From the NCBI GenBank assembly GCA_964574875.1, contig CAZNOX010000001.1:149335-213334 (forward strand): DNA of 64,000 bases, read 5' to 3'. The translations under genes were made by a program, and so were the position numbers. Shown here piece by piece: positions 1 through 7,278 of this stretch. This DNA comes from an uncultured bacterium (GTDB lineage: Bacteria > Macinerneyibacteriota > Macinerneyibacteria > Macinerneyibacteriales > DSCS01). Position 1 is the first letter of the stretch; every line of letters begins with the position of its first letter. The notes under the pieces are model-generated. The model did no database searches. It saw only the letters and a program-made list of their open reading frames with translations, and was not told where the DNA came from.

Positions 1-7
1 TATCCTT

Positions 8-535
8 ATGCTCATCGAGTTTCCCATCCCCCTCTTCCCTCTTTTTCTGAAAATGGATTTTTCCGATCTCCCGGCGCTCATCGCCGCCCTCTCCATGGGG
101 CCGCTCAGCGGCGCCGCCGTGGAACTCATCAAAAACATCCTTCACGGGATTCTGGCAGGACACACGGCTTTTATCGGGGAGACGGCCAATTTCCTTGTGG
201 GGCTCTCCTTTATCCTGACAGCCTCCTTTGTGCACAGACGCTTACGCTCAGAGAAAAAAGCGGTCTATGCAGGGCTTGCGGGGACACTGGCCATGTCTGC
301 CTCAGCAGCGGTTCTCAACTTTGTTCTTTTTCTTCCTCTATACGAGACGGTGCTGGGGATCCCTGTGGAGGCTGTGATCAGGATGGCCTCTTCTGTCAAC
401 CGGCTTGTGACAGACAAATGGTCGCTGATCCTCTGGAGCATGGTTCCGTTCAATCTTCTGAAGGGGATGATCCTGACTGTGATCCTGTCGCTTTTATACA
501 GAAAACTGGAGGGGATGATAAAGAGGGCCGGATGA
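8..535 (+). CDS. ECF-transporter S-component-like small polytopic membrane protein. The start lies within 7 nt of the window edge, so the 5' end and RBS cannot be verified.
   Basis: 175-aa hydrophobic ORF with ~5 predicted TM helices. Size and Gly/Ala-rich helices fit energy-coupling-factor S components. Assignment is by pattern only. Confidence 0.45.
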   Translation: MLIEFPIPLFPLFLKMDFSDLPALIAALSMGPLSGAAVELIKNILHGILAGHTAFIGETANFLVGLSFILTASFVHRRLRSEKKAVYAGLAGTLAMSASAAVLNFVLFLPLYETVLGIPVEAVIRMASSVNRLVTDKWSLILWSMVPFNLLKGMILTVILSLLYRKLEGMIKRAG

Positions 536-560
536 GCCCGGCCCTCTCTATGTGAACCTG

Positions 561-1502
561 TTATTGATTCAGCTTTTCATTGAGGCGTTTGAGATGTTCC
601 TGGTCGCGGTAGATCCTCATAAACCCGGCCTTACGGTCCACCTCGATCATCTTTTCCCTGTAGTCGATGGCTTTGGGATAGTCTTTCTTTTTCTCATAGA
701 GGAAAGAAAGATTCTCATAATTCTGCAGGATCTTGGAAAAGACTCCGATCTTGAGGTTGATGTCCAATGACTTCAGATAATTCTCCCTGGCCTGGTCATA
801 GTCTCCCATGGTCTCATAGATGATGCCGAGGTTCTGGTAGTCATCAGCCAGGTTCCCTTTGTAGGGAAGCTGAGCATCGTACTTGATGGCATAGTTCAGA
901 TACTCGATGGCCTTGGTGTAATTATCATCGTTGTAATGATAAGAGGCCAGGTTGTTGTAGGCGATGCCTAACCCTTCGATGTGGTTGATCTCCTGATTGG
1001 CCCACAGGGCCTTCCGGTAGAAGAGCTGGGCGAACTTCTTGTTCCCGAGGATATAATAGATATTGGCGATATTATTATACTCCCGGGCCATGCCATACTT
1101 CAGGTTAAAAGCCTCATCAATAATCAGGGCTTTTTGGTAATAATCCAGGGCCTTCTGGTAGTTCCCTTTCATCTTATAGATAACACCGATGTTGTTATAG
1201 GCCCAGGCGATATTGACGGTATCTCTCGATTTATCAGCAGCCTGGATCCCTTTGTCGTAGAACTCGATGGCCTTATCATAGTTTTCAAGGGCCATATAGA
1301 CGCGTCCCATGAGGATATTGGCTTTGGAGCCCAGGGCACCGTCCTGGAGGACTTTTTCAGCCATATCCGCGGCTTCCATATAATTTCCGTTATAAAAGAG
1401 TTCTTCCGCTTTCTTATAGATGCCCTCGGAAGTCATCTCCTGGGGGAGAGCCGACAGGACCATTACCAGTGCAAGCAGCACAAGGACAACTGTTTTTCTC
1501 AT
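561..1502 (-). CDS. TPR-repeat secreted protein or lipoprotein
   Basis: N-terminal signal peptide MRKTVVLVLLALVMVLSALP. Repeated 34-aa TPR-like units with AxxYxxxG/YxxA patterns throughout. AGGAGG RBS 7 nt upstream of the ATG at 1502. Confidence 0.8.
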   Translation of the reverse strand: MRKTVVLVLLALVMVLSALPQEMTSEGIYKKAEELFYNGNYMEAADMAEKVLQDGALGSKANILMGRVYMALENYDKAIEFYDKGIQAADKSRDTVNIAWAYNNIGVIYKMKGNYQKALDYYQKALIIDEAFNLKYGMAREYNNIANIYYILGNKKFAQLFYRKALWANQEINHIEGLGIAYNNLASYHYNDDNYTKAIEYLNYAIKYDAQLPYKGNLADDYQNLGIIYETMGDYDQARENYLKSLDINLKIGVFSKILQNYENLSFLYEKKKDYPKAIDYREKMIEVDRKAGFMRIYRDQEHLKRLNEKLNQ

Positions 1503-1612
1503 AATCCACCTCCTGTGGTTGATGCTTCATTATCCGTCCTCTTGTGCGGGGGTTCAATGAAACTTAAGTGTGCTTTCGGATTCAGAAAATGATACTTCCG
1601 TTCATGGTCTCA

Positions 1613-1630
1613 AGTGATACTTAAGTATCA
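1613..1630. promoter_or_regulatory. Perfect 18-bp palindrome GTGATACTTAAGTATCAC, 12 nt upstream of a -35-like TTGACA, in the divergent intergenic region
   Basis: Read directly from the sequence. Half-site-like copies CTTAAGT and GATACTT recur at 1563-1569 and 1591-1597. Confidence 0.4.
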
Positions 1631-1641
1631 CCTCCCCTTTC

Positions 1642-1670
1642 TTGACACCCTTCTCAGGGGGGAGTAAGAT
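1642..1670 (+). promoter_or_regulatory. Sigma70-like promoter: TTGACA, 17 nt, TAAGAT. The -10 ends 8 nt before the ATG at 1679, so the transcript is near-leaderless.
   Basis: Hexamers and 17-nt spacing read from the sequence. There is no convincing SD before 1679. Confidence 0.35.
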
Positions 1671-1678
1671 TTTATCAT

Positions 1679-2611
1679 ATGGAACATATTGTGATTTTTC
1701 TCAAGTTCATCAGTATCATCTTCGGGTTCGGGCTTCTTGTCTCCATCAATCAGCTGCGCACCCGTTATAAACAGACATTTCTGGACTACACCTTCTTTTT
1801 CTACCTCTTCGCCCTCCTCTCTCTCCTTTTTCAGCTTGTTATAAAATATACTGCCACGAATCTTCTCATGGGCGGAGATTTCAGCTCATTCCTGACGCTC
1901 AACCTGGTTTATATCGTCTCTTTACTCGGATTCACTCTTCTTTCTTCCTATAATTATGTCCTCATGACGCTCCGCTTTCTCCACGAGGAGTTCGAAAGGG
2001 CTGTGGCTATTATCTTTATCGTCATCTCTGCCGCACTCATCCTTGTCTTCCTTTTTTTCACACGGATCTACATCCTGACAAAGAGCTCTCTGATGATCTC
2101 CTCGTTCACCGTCGTCGCAGTCAAAGTGCTTCTTTTCATCATGATCCTCTCCAACATCAGGCTCCTTCTTTCCCTGGGACGGATCAGGTCAAAACAGCGC
2201 ACGTTCCTTGTGCTGATCCTGGCTGCTTTTTATACCCTTCTCTTCACGTTTCATCTCCTGACCTTCCAGATGATCATCACCCGCCAGGCGGGCTTCCCCA
2301 GTGCTCTTTTCTATCTCCTTCTCAACGGGATCCCTCTCCTTCTCCTGAGAAAACTCTCCACAAACTATTTCGGGCAGATCATCCATGATGAAAAAAAAGA
2401 GGAACGCCTCCAGGGCCTCTTTCAGTCGAAGAATATTTCAAAGAGAGAGAGTGAGATCATCCGCTATGTCTGTGAAGGCATGAGCAACAAGCAGATCGCC
2501 TGGGACCTCTCCCTGTCAGAACAGACGGTGAAACACCATATTTACAATATCTATCAGAAATTCGGCATCAACAGCCGTGTGGAACTCATCAACATCATTC
2601 ACTCAGCGTGA
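1679..2611 (+). CDS. Polytopic membrane protein with a C-terminal LuxR/GerE-type HTH, i.e. a membrane-anchored LuxR-family regulator
   Basis: About 7 hydrophobic helices over the first ~230 aa. The C-terminus ESEIIRYVCEGMSNKQIAWDLSLSEQTVKHHIYNIYQKFGINSRVELI matches the LuxR-family HTH signature. Confidence 0.75.
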   Translation: MEHIVIFLKFISIIFGFGLLVSINQLRTRYKQTFLDYTFFFYLFALLSLLFQLVIKYTATNLLMGGDFSSFLTLNLVYIVSLLGFTLLSSYNYVLMTLRFLHEEFERAVAIIFIVISAALILVFLFFTRIYILTKSSLMISSFTVVAVKVLLFIMILSNIRLLLSLGRIRSKQRTFLVLILAAFYTLLFTFHLLTFQMIITRQAGFPSALFYLLLNGIPLLLLRKLSTNYFGQIIHDEKKEERLQGLFQSKNISKRESEIIRYVCEGMSNKQIAWDLSLSEQTVKHHIYNIYQKFGINSRVELINIIHSA

Positions 2612-3378
2612 TCCCGGCTCAAGAGAGCCGGCCCTGAGCTGGTTCCCAGACGGTCAGCTCCCGCACGGATCATGGCAAGGGCCGTATCCCGGCTCCTGAT
2701 CCCCCCTGCAGCTTTGACTCCGCACAGCCTCCCGGCCACATCACACAGAAGAGCGACATCTTCGACAGCCGCCTTACCGTTGACCCCCGTTGATGTCTTG
2801 AGATAATCAGCCCCTGAAACAAAGGCGAGGAGAGCCGCATCTCTTTTCCGGAGGTCATCCATCCGGGAGAGCTCCAGAATCACCTTCACAACCCCGGCTG
2901 AAGCCTGTTTCACCGCCATGAGGTCTTCGAGGACAGCCGGGTAGTCTCCGGAAAGAAAGAGGCCCAGCGGCATGACGATATCCACTTCGTCACACCCGTT
3001 TTTGAAAGCATCGGCCACAGCAGTGACCCGGGCGGTTGTGAGTTCCCCACCGCCTGGAAAATCGATGACCACACTGATGCGGAAATCCGCCCCCTCACGG
3101 TCACGGACCTCTCTGGCCAGAGGGATCCAGCAGGGAAAAAGGCAGACGGCGCCGAACCTGAACCGGACGGCTTCACTGCACACGCGCCTGATATCTTCAC
3201 GGGTTGCAAAGGGATCCAGCAGCGTATGGTCGATCTTCTGAGCAAGGCCCTCTTCTTCTGCTCCCCCGCGGGGAACGGATGTTTCAAGGGCAGTCAGGGC
3301 TTTCCATCGCTCAGGGACACCTCTTTTAAGGAGAGTGTCCAGTTCAGAGACACGCTCATGCCATAATTCCTTTTTCAC
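2599..3378 (-). CDS. deoC: Deoxyribose-phosphate aldolase
   Basis: 259 aa. IDHTLL near the N-terminus and the Schiff-base lysine region VKAAGGIR are typical of DeoC. GTG start at 3378 is preceded by AGGAG. The 3' end overlaps the convergent gene by 13 nt. Confidence 0.85.
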   Translation of the reverse strand: MKKELWHERVSELDTLLKRGVPERWKALTALETSVPRGGAEEEGLAQKIDHTLLDPFATREDIRRVCSEAVRFRFGAVCLFPCWIPLAREVRDREGADFRISVVIDFPGGGELTTARVTAVADAFKNGCDEVDIVMPLGLFLSGDYPAVLEDLMAVKQASAGVVKVILELSRMDDLRKRDAALLAFVSGADYLKTSTGVNGKAAVEDVALLCDVAGRLCGVKAAGGIRSRDTALAMIRAGADRLGTSSGPALLSRDHAE

Positions 3379-3442
3379 AGGGCTCCTCTCTTTCTTCTTA
3401 CGACAAGAATAAACTTCTGCTATACTTTATCAAGGAGTTTAT

Positions 3443-4351
3443 ATGAATATTCTGAAGGATAAATCGCTGATCACCCTGTTGAACAGGATCAATGACGGCC
3501 TCTATATCGTGGACCGTGACCGGACCATTCTTTTCTGGAACCGTCAGGCTGAACTCATCACGGGGTATGACGCTTCAGAAGTCCTCCACTCCCATTGTTA
3601 TGACAACATCCTTATGCATGTGGACCATGAAGGCAAGATCCTTTGTCATGGGGGATGTCCCCTTCACGCGACGATGGATGACGGACAGGAGAGGAGCACC
3701 ACGGTCTATCTTCATCATAAAGAGGGCCATCGTGTCCCTGTGGCCGTAACGGTCATCCCTCTTTATGATAAGAAAGGCGCTGTGGAAGGAGCCGCCGAGT
3801 TTTTTACCGACAAATCCCAGCGCCAGCATCTTGAAGAAGAGATCAGTTTTCTCAAAAGCCAGGTCCTCTACGACACACTCACCACCCTCCCCAACAGGCG
3901 CTTCCTGGATACAGCCATTAATAATCTCCTGAATGAGACCCGCCATTACCAGATGACCTTCGGCCTGGTCTTCTTCGATATCGATGATTTCAAGCATATC
4001 AATGACACCTACAGCCACCTCTTCGGCGACAAGGTCCTGAAGATCCTGTCAACCACATTGAACAAGAATATCCGCTCATCGGACATTGCAGGACGATGGG
4101 GCGGAGAAGAGTTCATCATTCTGCTCAAATATGTCAATTCTGATTCTCTCATGGAAAAAGCGGAAAAGCTGAGGATGCTCGTCTCCCGTTCCCGCTACAG
4201 GACGAGTGAAGGGGAGAATGTCAAGGTGACCATTTCCGGGGGAGCCACACTGGCCCGCCGGGATGACTCTGCTGTGACTCTCCTCAAACGGGCGGACACC
4301 CTGTTGTACCAGAGCAAAAACACAGGGAAAAACAAAATCACGGCGGGGTGA
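3443..4351 (+). CDS. PAS-domain diguanylate cyclase (GGDEF)
   Basis: His/Cys-rich N-terminal PAS-like domain (HSHCYDNILMHVDHEGKILCHGGCPLHA). C-terminal GGDEF domain with RWGGEEF and an upstream RSSD I-site-like motif. AAGGAG RBS. Confidence 0.85.
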   Translation: MNILKDKSLITLLNRINDGLYIVDRDRTILFWNRQAELITGYDASEVLHSHCYDNILMHVDHEGKILCHGGCPLHATMDDGQERSTTVYLHHKEGHRVPVAVTVIPLYDKKGAVEGAAEFFTDKSQRQHLEEEISFLKSQVLYDTLTTLPNRRFLDTAINNLLNETRHYQMTFGLVFFDIDDFKHINDTYSHLFGDKVLKILSTTLNKNIRSSDIAGRWGGEEFIILLKYVNSDSLMEKAEKLRMLVSRSRYRTSEGENVKVTISGGATLARRDDSAVTLLKRADTLLYQSKNTGKNKITAG

Positions 4352-4356
4352 TCCGT

Positions 4357-5028
4357 ATGCCCTGGGGATCGTTGATCAATGGGATCGCTGTGATCGCCGG
4401 CAGCCTCTTCGGTCTTTTCATAGGGAAAAAATACCCGGAAAACATCCGTCTTGTGGTCATGGACGGGGTGGGCCTGGCCAGCCTTTTTCTCGGCCTTTCC
4501 ATGGCTCTGAAATCCCAGAATGCCCTCATCGTCATCTTCAGCCTTCTCATCGGCGGGATCCTTGGAGAGCTTTTTTCTCTTCATGACCGCGTTGAACATC
4601 TCACCCGCCGTATGGGCCGTCATACAAGGGATGCGGGACTCTTCTCTGAAGGCCTCCTTACGGCCTTTCTCATCTTCTGCATGGGCTCCATGACCATCGT
4701 CGGTGCCATTGAAGAGGGGATCAGCGGTGACCGGAGTCTCCTTCTGACAAAATCCATCCTGGATGCCTTTACATCCGTGGCCCTGGCGTCCACTTTCGGA
4801 GCAGGCGTCCTCTTCTCCGCCATCCCCCTTTTCCTCTTTCAGGGGGGGATCACCCTGACAGCTGCTCTCTCCCGAAGCTTCTTCTCAGAGGCTCTTGTCT
4901 CCAATCTCACGGGAACAGGAGGTCTGATGATCATCGCACTGGGACTCAACATCCTCAATATCAAGAAAATCAAAGTCCTGAACTATATCCCGGCCCTTCT
5001 GGTCGCCGCCGCCGCCACTCTTCTCTAA
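4357..5028 (+). CDS. DUF554-family (YqgA/YdfK-like) membrane protein
   Basis: About 224 aa. The N-terminus GSLINGIAVIAGSLFGLFIGKKYPE and the overall helix pattern match DUF554. The start is adjacent to or overlaps the GGDEF stop, which is consistent with translational coupling. An alternative GTG start lies at 4348. Confidence 0.65.
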   Translation: MPWGSLINGIAVIAGSLFGLFIGKKYPENIRLVVMDGVGLASLFLGLSMALKSQNALIVIFSLLIGGILGELFSLHDRVEHLTRRMGRHTRDAGLFSEGLLTAFLIFCMGSMTIVGAIEEGISGDRSLLLTKSILDAFTSVALASTFGAGVLFSAIPLFLFQGGITLTAALSRSFFSEALVSNLTGTGGLMIIALGLNILNIKKIKVLNYIPALLVAAAATLL

Positions 5029-5084
5029 GCCTCCTTGCAAGATAAGGCTCCGGGACGTATAATAAGGGAAACAAAGGAGGTTTT

Positions 5085-5450
5085 ATGAGCAGGACACTCT
5101 CTTTCACAAGTCATGCCAGGGTTTATTTTTCCGAATTACGGGAACGGCTGAACCAGACTGAACGCCCCCTGGAGGCTCTTAAAGAGTTTTCCGTGGCAGC
5201 GACGTCATTTCTCACAAAGGCATGCGAGGAGAAAGGAGTGACACTTCCCGGAGAGGCGGTGACCCTCACCCCGGGAGAAGACGACCTTTTCATGATCCAC
5301 AGTGATCTCCTGAGTCAGGAGACTTTTCAAAAGCTGTGGACCGATTCAGATCTTCCCCATATCATCTCCCAGATGGCTGAACAGGCCACAAACCGCTGGA
5401 TCCATCTTTCGAAGCATCAGGAAAAGACCAATAAAAAGATCCGGGGTTGA
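5085..5450 (+). CDS. Hypothetical cytoplasmic protein (121 aa)
   Basis: Strong RBS AAGGAGG 6 nt upstream. No recognisable motifs. Confidence 0.4.
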   Translation: MSRTLSFTSHARVYFSELRERLNQTERPLEALKEFSVAATSFLTKACEEKGVTLPGEAVTLTPGEDDLFMIHSDLLSQETFQKLWTDSDLPHIISQMAEQATNRWIHLSKHQEKTNKKIRG

Positions 5451-5467
5451 CACCATCCGCAGGAGCC

Positions 5468-6046
5468 CTATCCTTCGGCTAAAAACCGATGAGCTCCGGC
5501 ATGCTTCGATTTGAGCATCCCCAGAAAAATGTCCCTTGCCAGAGTCGCATCATAGAGGCCGTTATGAGCCTGGCTCTGATCATAATCCAACCCGTAGTAG
5601 AGAGCAGCCTCTCTCAGTGTGGGGAATTTATAACCGCCATGGGAGCGTCGGGGTAATTTCAGGACAGACGTATTCTCCTTCATGGTACAGAACTGCTTCT
5701 CCGGAATAAAGGGAAGAAATGCTGTATCAAAATCGATATTATGGGCCACCCAGTGGCTGCACCCGAAAGAAAAGGCAAAGAGGTCGTCATCCCCGGTAAA
5801 ATAACGGGCATATTCAGCCATCTGGTTTACCCGGTTTTCCTCGATGATATCCGGAGAAAGGCCATGGACTTCAAAGGCTTTCATGTTGAACGATTCCAGG
5901 GCATGGTAATACCTGTGGAAGATATGGATGGGAATGGCTTCTCCCTGGTCATTGACCCTGCATTTGATCAACGCCGCTTCAAGGACACTGCTTCCGGCAA
6001 ACCCGTTTGTCTCAAAATCGAAAAAGATGACCAGACGCGAATTCAT
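5468..6046 (-). CDS. DEDDh 3'-5' exonuclease (DnaQ/epsilon-like, stand-alone)
   Basis: Exo I FFDFETNG, Exo II HNIDFDTAFL, Exo III HNGLYDATLARDIF. The ATG at 6046 is preferred over the upstream TTG at 6064. The RBS is weak. Confidence 0.75.
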   Translation of the reverse strand: MNSRLVIFFDFETNGFAGSSVLEAALIKCRVNDQGEAIPIHIFHRYYHALESFNMKAFEVHGLSPDIIEENRVNQMAEYARYFTGDDDLFAFSFGCSHWVAHNIDFDTAFLPFIPEKQFCTMKENTSVLKLPRRSHGGYKFPTLREAALYYGLDYDQSQAHNGLYDATLARDIFLGMLKSKHAGAHRFLAEG

Positions 6047-6147
6047 AGACAACAATTCTATCAAAAAAGAGGAGCACAGGCAACAGAGAAAGGCTCTTGC
6101 AGGCCGGGGTGAAAACCTCTATTGTAGAACAAACAGGAGGAACTGAT

Positions 6148-7212
6148 ATGGACAGTCAACGTCTTCAGCGTGTCATGGAATCCATGAACCGGTCTCAGAG
6201 CAGCCAGATGCTTCTCACCTCTCCATCGAACATCTTTTATCTCACAGGGATCTCTTTCGATCCGGGGGAGCGTTTTGCAGGACTCCTCCTGGCCCGGGGC
6301 GAAGCCCCTCTGTTCTTCTGCAACCGCCTCTTCCCCCAGGGAGAAGACTCCCCGTACGAGACCATCTGGCATGAGGACGGAGAAGACCCGTTCAGAGGAG
6401 TCGTGAACCGTCTGTCCCGCTCTGCTCCCCTGGCTGTGGACAAAGACTGTCCCGCCCGGTTTCTCTTCCCTCTCCTGGAGTCTTCTGTCTCTCTTGCTAA
6501 CGCCTCTCCTCTCATCGACAGGGTGAGGATGATCAAAGACGTCAAAGAGATCACTCTGATGAAGGAGGCGTCCCGCCTGAACGACAAAGCCCTGGGATTT
6601 CTTGCTGAGTGTTTCCATCCTGAAACGACGGAAAAGGAGCTTGTGAGAAAGCTGGATGAATTCTACTCCGGACACGACTCGTCCTTCTCTTTTGCCCCGC
6701 TCATCGCTTTCGGCAGCCACGCTGCTGTCCCCCATCATGAGAGCGGCCACGGGACTCCTGTTCCCGGCAGCAGCGTCCTTTTTGATATCGGAGGACGGAC
6801 AAAGGGCTACTGCTCCGATATGACGCGGACCTTCTCCTTCGGGCAACCCGGCCCCAAGCTTAAAGAGATCTATGCGATTGTCCTGGAAGCGAATCTGGCT
6901 GCAGAATCTGTGATCAGGCCCGGGACCCCCTTCTCGGAGATCGACAGGGCGGCCAGAGATGTCATCACTCAAAAGGGATACGGAGAGTACTTCACCCACA
7001 GGACAGGCCATCATATCGGGATCGATGTCCATGAGTTCCCGGATGTGAGCCTGGCCAATCCCATGGCTGCAGAAGCCGGCATGATCTTCTCTGTGGAACC
7101 GGGGATCTATCTTCCCGGAGAGTGCGGCGTTCGTATTGAAGACCTTGTGCTGGTCACAGAAAACGGGGTTGAGATCCTGAACCGATATCCCAAAGAACTG
7201 ATCCGCCTTTAA
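6148..7212 (+). CDS. M24-family Xaa-Pro aminopeptidase/prolidase
   Basis: Creatinase-like N-domain. The C-terminal pita-bread fold carries HRTGHHIGIDVHEFP plus the metal ligands D..D..H..E..E. An AGGAGG RBS precedes the ATG at 6148. Confidence 0.85.
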   Translation: MDSQRLQRVMESMNRSQSSQMLLTSPSNIFYLTGISFDPGERFAGLLLARGEAPLFFCNRLFPQGEDSPYETIWHEDGEDPFRGVVNRLSRSAPLAVDKDCPARFLFPLLESSVSLANASPLIDRVRMIKDVKEITLMKEASRLNDKALGFLAECFHPETTEKELVRKLDEFYSGHDSSFSFAPLIAFGSHAAVPHHESGHGTPVPGSSVLFDIGGRTKGYCSDMTRTFSFGQPGPKLKEIYAIVLEANLAAESVIRPGTPFSEIDRAARDVITQKGYGEYFTHRTGHHIGIDVHEFPDVSLANPMAAEAGMIFSVEPGIYLPGECGVRIEDLVLVTENGVEILNRYPKELIRL

Positions 7213-7278
7213 GACGAGGCATCGGAATCTTCACGGAGGAGCAACAAGGCCGCAGCTGAACTGCGGCCTTGCTGATGA

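Noticed and set aside
981-1592. Many ORFs of 60-370 aa on the strand opposite long well-supported genes (for example 981-1592+, 10645-11265+, 12764-13279+, 21427-22248+, 24313-25182+, 27853-28443+, 33934-34806+, 46594-47235+)
   Set aside because: They fall entirely within or antisense to genes with clear domain signatures. They lack RBSs and have low-complexity or biased composition. Treated as shadow ORFs.
2612-2632. Hairpin CCGGCTC-AAGAGA-GAGCCGG just after the LuxR-membrane gene stop
   Set aside because: It lies inside the deoC coding region (C-terminal codons) and lacks a T-run, so it is not called as a terminator.
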